Source: an uncultured Candidatus Binatia bacterium
GTDB taxonomy: Bacteria; Desulfobacterota; Binatia; UBA9968; JAJDTQ01
Assembly (NCBI GenBank): GCA_965215605.1
Contig: OZ244070.1
Span: 3,584,001 to 3,648,000, forward strand
Reading direction: 5' to 3'
DNA length: 64,000 nucleotides
Positions 39,846-48,023 of the stretch are shown piece after piece (position 1 is the first letter of the stretch; the number at the start of each line of letters is the position of its first letter). Both the position numbers and the translations under genes were made by a program. Under the pieces are notes generated by a model. It did no database searches and had not been told where the DNA came from. It worked only from the letters and a program-made list of their open reading frames with translations.

Positions 39846-40440
39846 GCGTCTCAAGGCGGTCCTCGAAAGCCTGCTGCTGGCGGCGGACGGTCCGGTGTCC
39901 GCGGAACGTTTGACCGGTGCCCTGGACGAGGTGCCGCGGAAGGACGTGGTCGCCGCCTTGGCGGAGTTGGGGGAAGAGTACGAGCGGACGGGACGGGGGC
40001 TGCGGCTCGCCGAGGTGGCCAACGGCTACCAATTGCGGACGGCCAGGGAGCATGCGGAGTTCGTCCGCCGGCTTACGGCGGTCAAACCCGCACGGGTGAG
40101 CCGGGCGAACCTGGAAACCCTGGCCATCATCGCGTACCGCCAGCCCGTCACCCGCGCCGAGATCGAGGAAATCCGCGGCGTCAGCGTGGACGGCGTCGTA
40201 TCCACGCTCCTGGAGCGGCGGCTGATCCGGATCGTGGCCCGCAAGGACGTACCCGGAAAACCGTTCCTCTACGGCACCACGAAGGAGTTCCTGGAGGCGT
40301 TCAACCTGAAGGATCTGAAAAGCCTGCCCACCCTCCAGGAGATGGAGGACATGACCCGGGCGCTGCGGGAACCCGCGGCGGCGGACTCCGACGGCGGGGA
40401 CCCCGTACCCCCGCCGGGCCACCAGGACGAGGCGGACTGA
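39835..40440 (+). CDS. scpB: Segregation/condensation protein B
   Basis: LETLAIIAYRQPVTRAEIEEIRGV, PFLYGTT..FL. Confidence 0.95.
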   Translation: MESERLKAVLESLLLAADGPVSAERLTGALDEVPRKDVVAALAELGEEYERTGRGLRLAEVANGYQLRTAREHAEFVRRLTAVKPARVSRANLETLAIIAYRQPVTRAEIEEIRGVSVDGVVSTLLERRLIRIVARKDVPGKPFLYGTTKEFLEAFNLKDLKSLPTLQEMEDMTRALREPAAADSDGGDPVPPPGHQDEAD

Positions 40441-40443
40441 CCG

Positions 40444-41172
40444 GTGGAACGGCTTCAGAGGATCATCGCGCACGCGGGGCTGGCTTCGCGGCGCCAGGCG
40501 GAGCAGTGGATCGTCGAAGGCCGCATCACGGTCAACGGGCGCCGCGTCCGGGAGCTGGGCACCCGCGCCGACGCCGGGCGCGACCGCATCTGTGTGGACG
40601 GAAGGGTGCTGCGGCCGGCGGCGTCCAAGGCCTATCTCGCGTTCCACAAGCCGGCCGGCGTCATCACCACCATGCGGGACACCGAAGGGCGGCCCTCGGT
40701 GGCGGATTACCTCAAGGCCGGCGGACACCCGTCCGGGGTGGTGCCGGCAGGGCGCCTGGACTACGCTACCTCGGGCCTCCTGCTGCTGACCAATGACGGC
40801 GATCTGGCCTACCGCCTGACCCATCCCCGCTACGGCGTCCCCAAGACCTACGAGGTCAAGTTGAGCGGCATGCCCTCGGCGGCGCAACTGGAGCGTTTGC
40901 GGCGGGGGGTCGGGCTGGAGGACGGGGTCACGGCGCCGGCGGAGGTGAGCGTGTCGCGGCGCCTGAAGCAGAAGGTGTGGCTCAAGGTCGAGCTCCGCGA
41001 GGGCCGCTACCGGGAAATCCGCAGGATGGTGGAAACCGTGGGGCACACGGTGGAGCGGCTGGTGAGAAGCCGCTTCGGCCCCATCGCCCTCGGACCACTG
41101 GGCCGGGGCGAGATACGGCCCCTGACCGAGGGAGAGGTAGCCCGCCTCAAGCGGGCGGTGAACCTCTCGTAG
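40444..41172 (+). CDS. rluB: rRNA pseudouridine synthase (RluB/RsuA family)
   Basis: S4 domain ERLQRIIA.AG.ASRR; GRLDYATSGLLLLTNDG; EGRYREIRRM. Confidence 0.88.
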   Translation: MERLQRIIAHAGLASRRQAEQWIVEGRITVNGRRVRELGTRADAGRDRICVDGRVLRPAASKAYLAFHKPAGVITTMRDTEGRPSVADYLKAGGHPSGVVPAGRLDYATSGLLLLTNDGDLAYRLTHPRYGVPKTYEVKLSGMPSAAQLERLRRGVGLEDGVTAPAEVSVSRRLKQKVWLKVELREGRYREIRRMVETVGHTVERLVRSRFGPIALGPLGRGEIRPLTEGEVARLKRAVNLS

Positions 41173-41192
41173 GGGCGGGTTTCAAACCGCCC
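41169..41192 (+). repeat. GTAG-family REP-like palindrome, copy 3
   Basis: GTAGGGGCGGGTTTCAAACCGCCC overlapping the rluB stop codon. Confidence 0.7.
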
Positions 41193-41256
41193 GTGCGCGT
41201 GCGCCGCCATCGCCCGACACAGGTTCCAGTGCAAGGCATGGGGGAGAGAGCCGTCC

Positions 41257-41805
41257 ATGGCAACTCACGATCATCACCACCATCACGGCGGCGGCCGTTA
41301 CCGCTTCTGTCCCCGCTGCGGCGGCGCGCTGGCGCCGCGCATCGTCAAGAGCAACGAACCCGAGCGCCTGGTCTGCGAGAACTGCTCCTTCATCTTCTAC
41401 CAGGACCCCAAGGTCGTGGCCGGCACCATCTGCATGCTCGACGGCGGCGTGGTGCTGCTTCGCCGGGGCATCGAGCCGGCCATGGGCAAATGGGTGTTTC
41501 CGGGCGGTTACGTGGACCGGGGCGAAAGCACCACCGAGGCGGCGGTCCGCGAGACTCTGGAAGAAAGCTGCCTGGAGGTGGCGACCCGGTCGCTTCTGGG
41601 CGTGTATTCCTATCCCAAGTCCTCCAACATCATCATCGTCTACGTGGCGGAGGTCGTCGGCGGGACCCTGGCGGCCGGGGACGAGAGCACCGAGGCCGGG
41701 ACCTTCCCGCTGTCACGGATTCCCTGGGACGAGCTGGCTTTTCCCAGCACCGCCGAGGCCCTCGATGACTTCGGCCGTCTTTATGGGGAGGGGAAAATGT
41801 GTTAG
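41257..41805 (+). CDS. NUDIX hydrolase with Zn ribbon and His-rich N-terminus
   Basis: HDHHHHH; FCPRCG..CENC; Nudix box GGYVDRGESTTEAAVRETLEESCL. Confidence 0.9.
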   Translation: MATHDHHHHHGGGRYRFCPRCGGALAPRIVKSNEPERLVCENCSFIFYQDPKVVAGTICMLDGGVVLLRRGIEPAMGKWVFPGGYVDRGESTTEAAVRETLEESCLEVATRSLLGVYSYPKSSNIIIVYVAEVVGGTLAAGDESTEAGTFPLSRIPWDELAFPSTAEALDDFGRLYGEGKMC

Positions 41806-41848
41806 AGAAGGCCGGGTTTGCTGAACATTCCCGAAAGGAGATTCATTG

Positions 41849-42307
41849 ATGTCGATGCCAGATGTGGGGGACAAGGCCCCCGAGTTCAGCCTGCCGGTGT
41901 CCCGGGACGAGAAGGTGTCCCTGAGCGACTACGCGGGCAAGAAGAACGTCGTGTTGGCGTTCTATCCGCTGGATTTCACCGGCGGCTGAAAGCAGGAACT
42001 AACCAACTTCGAGGCTGACAAGGCCAGCTTCGAAGCCAAGGACGCTCAGGTTCTGAGCGTGAGTGTCGATTCGGTGTTCGCCCACAAGGCGTTTGCGGAG
42101 CAGATGGGCGGGATCAGCTTCCCGATGTTGTCGGATTTCTTTCCTCAGGGGGAGGTCTGCAAGCAGTACGACTGCCTGCGTCCCCAGGGCTTTCCCAAGA
42201 GAGCCGTCTTCATTATCGACAAGCAGGGGACCGTGCGGTATGCCAAGCTCTACGAGGGCGGCATCCCGGAGAACCAGGACCTGCTGGCCGAGCTCGACAA
42301 GCTCTAG
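41849..42307 (+). CDS. Peroxiredoxin (AhpE/BCP-like), probable selenoprotein (TGA at 41987-41989 read as Sec)
   Basis: AAGGAG RBS; [29 protein letters not shown][TGA][32 protein letters not shown] in one frame; TGA sits in the Cys slot of PxxxTxxC. Confidence 0.88.
42007..42035 (+). promoter_or_regulatory. Putative SECIS-like hairpin
   Basis: CTTCGAGGCTG-acaaggc-CAGCTTCGAAG: 11-bp stem with one G-U, starting 17 nt after the in-frame UGA. Confidence 0.55.
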
Positions 42308-42436
42308 CCTCTCCGCGAGAGAGACGAAGGCTCGAACAGGGGGCGGCGCATGCGTCGTCCCCTGTTTCTGTCTGCGTCGGGGAAACCCGCCTTGAGGGCC
42401 GGCGGCCGTCTCGGGAATAGCCGGTGCGGCCGCGAT

Positions 42437-43498
42437 TCAGAAGGGCAGGGCGTGGACGACGGCAGGAAGCGCCGTGCCCCCGTGCCCGATGGCGAGGGTG
42501 CTGCCCGGCTCGACGAAGTCCCGGTGGACATAGCCGAGGGCGACGGGGCAGCGGCACCGGGGCGAGGCCGCGGCGCTGGTGACCCGGCCGATGCCCCGGT
42601 CGTCGTCGAGCAGCGGGTCGTCCCGGTCGGGCACGGTGCCGCCCTGAACCTTCAGGCCCACCAGCTTCCGGTTCACGCGGCCCCGGGAGTGAATGCGTTC
42701 CACCGTCTCCTGTCCCAGATAGCACCCCTTGGTGAAGCTGACGGCGCCGTCCAGGCCGGTTTCCAGCAGGAGCGTCTCGGCGTCCATGTCGACGCCGTAC
42801 CTGGGGATGCCCGCCTCGATTCTCAAGGTCTCCCGGGCGTCGAGCCCGATCCACGGGACGGCCCGGGCCGGCGCCAGCGCCGCCACGGCCGGCAGGCGGT
42901 CCCGGGAGGCTGCCAGGTCGAAGCCGGGTTCCCCGGTGTGGGTGGCCCGGATGACCCGGATCCGGCCGCCGGGGCCGTCGAACTCCCCGTGGCACAGGTC
43001 ATCGGCGGGCAACGAAGCACTCCCCAGGAGATCGGACAGCGCCGCCTTCGCCCGCGGCCCCTGGATGGATATCATCGCAAGCTCCGCGGAGAGGTCGGTG
43101 ATCTCCACCTCGTCGGCGATCAGGTAGCGGTTCAGGTGCTCCAGCACCCCCGGCGCCAGAGGTTCGCTCACGTCCAGGAGAAACGCGTCGGCGGTGCGGA
43201 AGACTCTCATGTCCGCCAGGATCTTGCCCTGGATGTTCAGCACCGCGGCCGGTGCGCCCTCGCCGTCCCGCAGGGCCTTGACGTCGTTGGACACCATGCC
43301 CTGGAGCCACTCGACGCTGTCCGGCCCGGCCACGGAGAGAAGGGTCCGGTCCGCCAGGTCGAGCCACCCTGCTCCGGAACGCACGGCTTCGTACTCGGCG
43401 CCCGGGTTGCCGAAGCGCGACGGCAGCCTCCACCCCTCGCGCTCGAGAAAGACCGCGCGGTTCTCTTTGTGGAAGTCGTCGAGGGGCGATATCTTCAT
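42437..43498 (-). CDS. ygfZ: Folate-binding YgfZ/GcvT-family protein
   Basis: WLQGMVSND, LRIEAGIP, KGCYLGQE signature. Confidence 0.85.
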   Translation of the reverse strand: MKISPLDDFHKENRAVFLEREGWRLPSRFGNPGAEYEAVRSGAGWLDLADRTLLSVAGPDSVEWLQGMVSNDVKALRDGEGAPAAVLNIQGKILADMRVFRTADAFLLDVSEPLAPGVLEHLNRYLIADEVEITDLSAELAMISIQGPRAKAALSDLLGSASLPADDLCHGEFDGPGGRIRVIRATHTGEPGFDLAASRDRLPAVAALAPARAVPWIGLDARETLRIEAGIPRYGVDMDAETLLLETGLDGAVSFTKGCYLGQETVERIHSRGRVNRKLVGLKVQGGTVPDRDDPLLDDDRGIGRVTSAAASPRCRCPVALGYVHRDFVEPGSTLAIGHGGTALPAVVHALPF

Positions 43499-43564
43499 GG
43501 CGGGATTACAGTAACCGGGTTGGCGCCGCATGGCAATGGCTCCAACACAGGCGGGAGACGAACC

Positions 43565-44512
43565 ATGAGCAAGGCTTCAAGGGACCTGGATCTTCGCAAG
43601 CTCGAGGTCTTCTACTGGGTCGCGGAACTCCGCAGCTTCTCGCTGGCGGCGGAGCACTTCGCCCTCAGGCAGCCCACGGTGACCGCCCATGTCCAGTCCC
43701 TGGAGCGGCAACTGGGCTGCAAGCTCTTCCGGCGCTCCGGCGGCCGGTTCGATCTGACGTCCACGGGGTGGATGCTGTACGAACAGGCGGGCGCTGTGCT
43801 GAAGCTGAAGAACCAGGCGCTGGCGGCGCTGGACCGCATCCAGGGGAAAGTGGAGGGGGAACTGCGGATAGGAGGCAGCAACGTTCCCGGCGAGTACATC
43901 CTGCCGGGGGTGCTGGGGAACTTCGTGGCGCGGTTCCCGGATGTGCGGCCGGTGCTTCGCATCGGCGACTCCGCGGCCATCGTGGCCGCCATCCTCGACG
44001 GGACGCTGGAGCTGGGGTTCACCGGGTTCCGGACCCGCGACGAGCGATTGAGGTATCGCAAGACGTGGCAGGACGAGATGATCGTGGCGGTGCCCGCGAA
44101 CCATCGTTGGGCGGGCTTGAAGCAGGTGCCGCTCCAGGAACTCGGCAAGGAGCCGTTCATATCCCGGGAGGGCGGCTCCGGCACCCTGCGTTCGTTCCTG
44201 CAACTCGTGGCCAAGCGCGGGGAGGAGCCCGAACGGTTTCTCAAGGTGGGGATGGAGCTCGGCAGCACGGCGGCGGTCAAGGAGGCGCTCATGGAGGGAT
44301 TCGGCTTTTCCGTCCTTTCCCGCGCCGCCATCAGGCGGGAGGTCCAGCAGGGGCTCATCAAGGAGCTCCGCATCAAGGACCTGGACCTGGTGCGGCCCTT
44401 CTACCAAGTGACCCACCGCGGGCGCCCGCTGGCGCTGGTGTCGCGCGCGTTCGTGCAGTTCCTGGCCCGGGCGCCGCGCACCCGTCTATGGGAGCCCGTC
44501 CCTCATAGCTGA
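43565..44512 (+). CDS. LysR-type regulator (CysL-like, resembles the selenium-metabolism-associated clade)
   Basis: N-terminal HTH SFSLAAEHFALRQPTVT; IGGSNVPGEYILP; ISREGGSGT; ELGSTAAVKEA. Confidence 0.88.
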   Translation: MSKASRDLDLRKLEVFYWVAELRSFSLAAEHFALRQPTVTAHVQSLERQLGCKLFRRSGGRFDLTSTGWMLYEQAGAVLKLKNQALAALDRIQGKVEGELRIGGSNVPGEYILPGVLGNFVARFPDVRPVLRIGDSAAIVAAILDGTLELGFTGFRTRDERLRYRKTWQDEMIVAVPANHRWAGLKQVPLQELGKEPFISREGGSGTLRSFLQLVAKRGEEPERFLKVGMELGSTAAVKEALMEGFGFSVLSRAAIRREVQQGLIKELRIKDLDLVRPFYQVTHRGRPLALVSRAFVQFLARAPRTRLWEPVPHS

Positions 44513-44548
44513 GGTCTATTTGACATATAGTTCTCCTTGATATCCAAT
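44505..44548 (+). promoter_or_regulatory. Four-box LysR operator overlapping a sigma70 -35 element
   Basis: ATAG(44505)-N7-CTAT(44516)-N7-ATAG(44527)-N7-TGAT(44538); TTGACA at 44520-25. Confidence 0.65.
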
Positions 44549-44576
44549 CAATCGAAACTGCTTTCGGGAGGTAAGG

Positions 44577-45440
44577 ATGAGAGGAAAACCGGTTTGGCTG
44601 TCTGGTCTGTTGGCGTTGGTGGTCTGGATGGTGTGGGGGGTCGCGGCCGCGGACACGTTGCGGGTCTCCGCGATTCCGGACGAGGACCCCCAGGAATTGT
44701 TGCGCAAGTACAAGCCCTTTACCGACTACATCACCAGAGAGGTGGGGCTGAAGGTCAAGTTCGTTCCGGTGGTGGACTATGCGGCCACCGTGGAGGGTTT
44801 GGCCGCCGACCGGCTGGATATCGTCTGGTACGGCGGCTTCACCTCGGTTCAGGCCGTCCAGCGGGCCAAGGGGGCCACGAGGCTGGCCATGCGCAAGGAG
44901 GACGCGAGCTTCAAGAGCGTCTTCGTCGCCCGTACCGATTCCGGCATCAAGAACCTGGCGGATCTCAAGGGCAAGACCTTCGCCTTCGGCAGCGTGAGCT
45001 CCACCTCCGGCCACCTCATGCCGCGTCACTTCCTCAGGGCGGCGGGGGTCGATCCGGAGCGGGACTTCAAGAAGTTCGGCTTCAGCGGCGCCCATGATGC
45101 CACCGCCGCCTGGGTAGCGGCCGGGCGGGTGGACGCCGGCGCGCTCAACTTCCTGGTGTGGAACAAGCTGGTGGACAAGGCAAAGGTCGACACGAAGAAG
45201 ACGAACGTGTTTTGGACCACGCCGCCCTACGTGGACTACGTCTGGGTGGCCCGTGGCGGGGTGCCCGAGGAAGTCCGGGAGAAGTTCAGGCAGGCGCTGC
45301 TGAAGCTCGACTACACGAACCCCGAGCACCGGGAGATCATGGATCTTCAACGTACACGGAAGTTCATTGCGGCCAAGGACTCGGATTGGGACGGCATCCG
45401 GAAGGCGGCCATCGCCGCCGGCATGCTCAAGGTCAATTGA
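44577..45440 (+). CDS. PhnD-family ABC substrate-binding protein (putative selenate/oxyanion type)
   Basis: Signal peptide; VSAIPDEDPQELLRK, DYAATVE, WYGGFT, FGSVSSTSGHLMPR, FSGAHDAT, TPPYVDYVW. Confidence 0.85.
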   Translation: MRGKPVWLSGLLALVVWMVWGVAAADTLRVSAIPDEDPQELLRKYKPFTDYITREVGLKVKFVPVVDYAATVEGLAADRLDIVWYGGFTSVQAVQRAKGATRLAMRKEDASFKSVFVARTDSGIKNLADLKGKTFAFGSVSSTSGHLMPRHFLRAAGVDPERDFKKFGFSGAHDATAAWVAAGRVDAGALNFLVWNKLVDKAKVDTKKTNVFWTTPPYVDYVWVARGGVPEEVREKFRQALLKLDYTNPEHREIMDLQRTRKFIAAKDSDWDGIRKAAIAAGMLKVN

Positions 45441-46249
45441 CGAGCTCGCCGCAATATCGCCTGGAGCGCGTCCGCAAGGTGTTCGGGCGTGGGCAGGTGG
45501 CGCTGGAAGGGTTCGACCTGCAAGTGGCCCAGGGCGAGCGGGTGGCCCTCATCGGCCCCAGCGGCGCCGGCAAGACCACGCTCTTCCGCATGCTCAACTG
45601 CACCATCCGTCCCACCGCCGGACGCCTGAGCATCGGCGGGCAGGAGGTGGCGGAGTTGTACGGCCGGCGGCTGCGGGAGATGCGCCGCCGCATCGGCACC
45701 ATCTACCAGCAGCACAACCTGGTGCCGCGGCTCCGGGTGGTCCACAATGTCCTCTCCGGCCGGTTGGGAAGCTGGTCCCTGTTGGGCTCCCTGGCCTCGC
45801 TGGCGCGGCCCGCGGGGCTGGAGACCGCCCACCGGGCCCTGACCGACGTCGGCATCGGCGAGAAGCTCTTCAGCCGCACCGATGAGCTCTCCGGGGGCCA
45901 GCAGCAGCGGGTGGCCATCGCGCGGGTGTTGATGCAGGACCCCGACGTGATCCTGGCCGACGAGCCGGTGTCGTCGGTGGACCCCTCCCTGGCCGAGACC
46001 ATCATCAGGCTTCTCATCGCCATCAGCGACCATACCGGCAAGACGCTGCTGGTCAACCTTCACAGCACCGACCTGGCGCTGTCGTATTTTCCCAGGGTCA
46101 TCGGCATGAAGGCGGGGGTCAAGCTGTTCGATACCGCCGCTGCCCGGGTGACCCCGGAGCTTCTGCAGGAGCTTTACTCCGGCCATGTCCCGGAAAACGG
46201 CGCCGGCGAATCCTCGGGGGAACCGGAGCCGCGCCGCATCGCGGTCTAG
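45437..46249 (+). CDS. PhnC-like ABC ATP-binding protein
   Basis: [33 protein letters not shown]; TTG start overlapping the upstream stop. Confidence 0.9.
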   Translation: MTSSPQYRLERVRKVFGRGQVALEGFDLQVAQGERVALIGPSGAGKTTLFRMLNCTIRPTAGRLSIGGQEVAELYGRRLREMRRRIGTIYQQHNLVPRLRVVHNVLSGRLGSWSLLGSLASLARPAGLETAHRALTDVGIGEKLFSRTDELSGGQQQRVAIARVLMQDPDVILADEPVSSVDPSLAETIIRLLIAISDHTGKTLLVNLHSTDLALSYFPRVIGMKAGVKLFDTAAARVTPELLQELYSGHVPENGAGESSGEPEPRRIAV

Positions 46250-46259
46250 CCCGGCGTCC

Positions 46260-47105
46260 ATGAGCCTCCCATCCAGGACGCTGGGCTCGCGGTCGATTTT
46301 TCCCTACCTGTTCGGCGGGCTGTTCCTCTTCCTGGTGGCGGATAGTTGGCGCCGCGCCGAGGTAAACCCCGGGATCTTCTTCGACGCCCAGGGCCGGGAG
46401 CACCTGTGGCGGTTCGTCACCGGCATGTACCCGCCGGAGCTCTCTTGGGACTTCCTGGAGCTCATGATCCGGCCCACCATGGAGACCATCCAGATCTCGG
46501 TGATGGGCACCCTCATCGCCGTGCTCATCGGCTTTCCGCTGGGACTGCTGGCCACCAGCACCTTCAGCTTCCAGGGCATCCTCCACGAGTCCGAGTACCG
46601 TGGCAGCGGCGTGAGACACGGCCTCAAGGTCTGTCTCTACGGTCTGGCGCGGGGCCTGTTGAGCCTCTTCCGCTGCATCCCGGAGTTCGTGTGGGCCTTC
46701 ATGTTCGTGCGCGCGGTGGGCTTGGGGCCGTTTCCCGGCGTGCTGGCCATCGGGGTGGCCTACGGCGGGATGCTGGGCAAGGTCTACTCCGAGATATTCG
46801 AGTCGGTGAACACCCGGCCGCTGGAGGCCATCCAGTCTACCGGCGCCGGGCGGCTGCAGATCTTCTTCTACGGCTGGTTCCCGCAGGTGCTGCCCAACAT
46901 CGCCTCGTACACGATGTACCGGTGGGAATGCGCGGTGCGGACCTCGGCCATCCTGGGCCTGGTGGGAGCAGGCGGCATCGGCCAGCAGATCGAGATCTCC
47001 ATCCGGATGTTCAACTTCCACGAGGTCACCACCCTGCTGCTGATCCTGTTCGCGCTGGTGGCGGGGGCGGACTACGTGAGCGCCAGGGTGCGGTCGTTGC
47101 TATGA
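46260..47105 (+). CDS. PhnE-like ABC permease
   Basis: ETIQIS, R.IPE..WA, VGLGPFPGVLA, LGKVYSE, YRWECAVR..ILGLVGAGGIG. Confidence 0.9.
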   Translation: MSLPSRTLGSRSIFPYLFGGLFLFLVADSWRRAEVNPGIFFDAQGREHLWRFVTGMYPPELSWDFLELMIRPTMETIQISVMGTLIAVLIGFPLGLLATSTFSFQGILHESEYRGSGVRHGLKVCLYGLARGLLSLFRCIPEFVWAFMFVRAVGLGPFPGVLAIGVAYGGMLGKVYSEIFESVNTRPLEAIQSTGAGRLQIFFYGWFPQVLPNIASYTMYRWECAVRTSAILGLVGAGGIGQQIEISIRMFNFHEVTTLLLILFALVAGADYVSARVRSLL

Positions 47106-47977
47106 ATCAGGCGGTCACCACCACCGACGAGCTGGCCGCCCTCAAGGCCGGCGCCCGCGAACGGTCGCGATGGTCCACCTGTGTCCTGTTGGGGTTGCTG
47201 GCGGCGCTCTTCGCCTGGAGCTACCAGGGGTCGGAGATCGACCTCGGCATGCTCTTCAGCGCCGACGGCGGCGGCGCCATCGTCGAGTACGTCGAGCGGC
47301 TGTTTCCCCCGGACCTCTCGGGCAAGGTGGTGGCGGATGCCGTGGCCGGCGCCTGGGAGACCCTGGCCATCTCGTTGATCGGCACCCTGCTGTCGGTGCT
47401 CATCGCACTGTCTCTGGCCTTCTTCGGGTCGCGCAACCTCGTGTACGCCGGGCTGCTCTACGAGATGGAACCCCGGCGCCATCGAATGCTGCTGCGGCGC
47501 CTTCCGTACCTCACGGCCAAGGCCATCCTCAACTTCCTGCGCACCATCCCGGAGATGCTGTGGGCGCTGGTGTTCGTGTTCCTGGTAGGGCTCGGCCCCT
47601 TTCCCGGCGTGCTGGCACTGGGAGTGCATACCGGCGGCGTGCTGGGAAAGCTGTTCGCGGAAGTGCTGGAAGACGTGGACCTGCAGCCCGTCGAGTCGCT
47701 GCAGTCCACCGGCGCCGGCAAGATCCAGATCCTCTTCTACGCCATCCTGCCCCAGGTGCTGCCCCAGTTCATCTCCTACACGCTGTACCGCTGGGAGGTG
47801 AACATCCGCGTGGCCGCGGTGCTGGGCTTCGTGGGCGCCGGCGGGCTGGGCCAGCGCATCCACATCGCCTTGAGCCTGTTCCTCGAGCAACAGCTCCTGA
47901 CGCTGCTCCTGGCCCTCTACGTGCTGGTGACGGGGGTGGACTACCTGAGCGCCTACCTGCGGCGCCGGGTGGTGTGA
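47102..47977 (+). CDS. PhnE-like ABC permease (second copy)
   Basis: FPPD, ETLAIS, RTIPE, LGKLFAE, YRWEVNIR..LGFVGAGGLG. Confidence 0.9.
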   Translation: MNQAVTTTDELAALKAGARERSRWSTCVLLGLLAALFAWSYQGSEIDLGMLFSADGGGAIVEYVERLFPPDLSGKVVADAVAGAWETLAISLIGTLLSVLIALSLAFFGSRNLVYAGLLYEMEPRRHRMLLRRLPYLTAKAILNFLRTIPEMLWALVFVFLVGLGPFPGVLALGVHTGGVLGKLFAEVLEDVDLQPVESLQSTGAGKIQILFYAILPQVLPQFISYTLYRWEVNIRVAAVLGFVGAGGLGQRIHIALSLFLEQQLLTLLLALYVLVTGVDYLSAYLRRRVV

Positions 47978-48023
47978 CGCCCTGGCCTCGGGCGGTGCTT
48001 CCAAAGGCCGTGGCAAGTCGCTT

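Noticed and set aside
44577-47977. Phosphonate utilisation operon
   Set aside because: No phosphonate or phosphite catabolic genes adjacent; only fold-level similarity, so phn symbols were not assigned. Not fully excluded.
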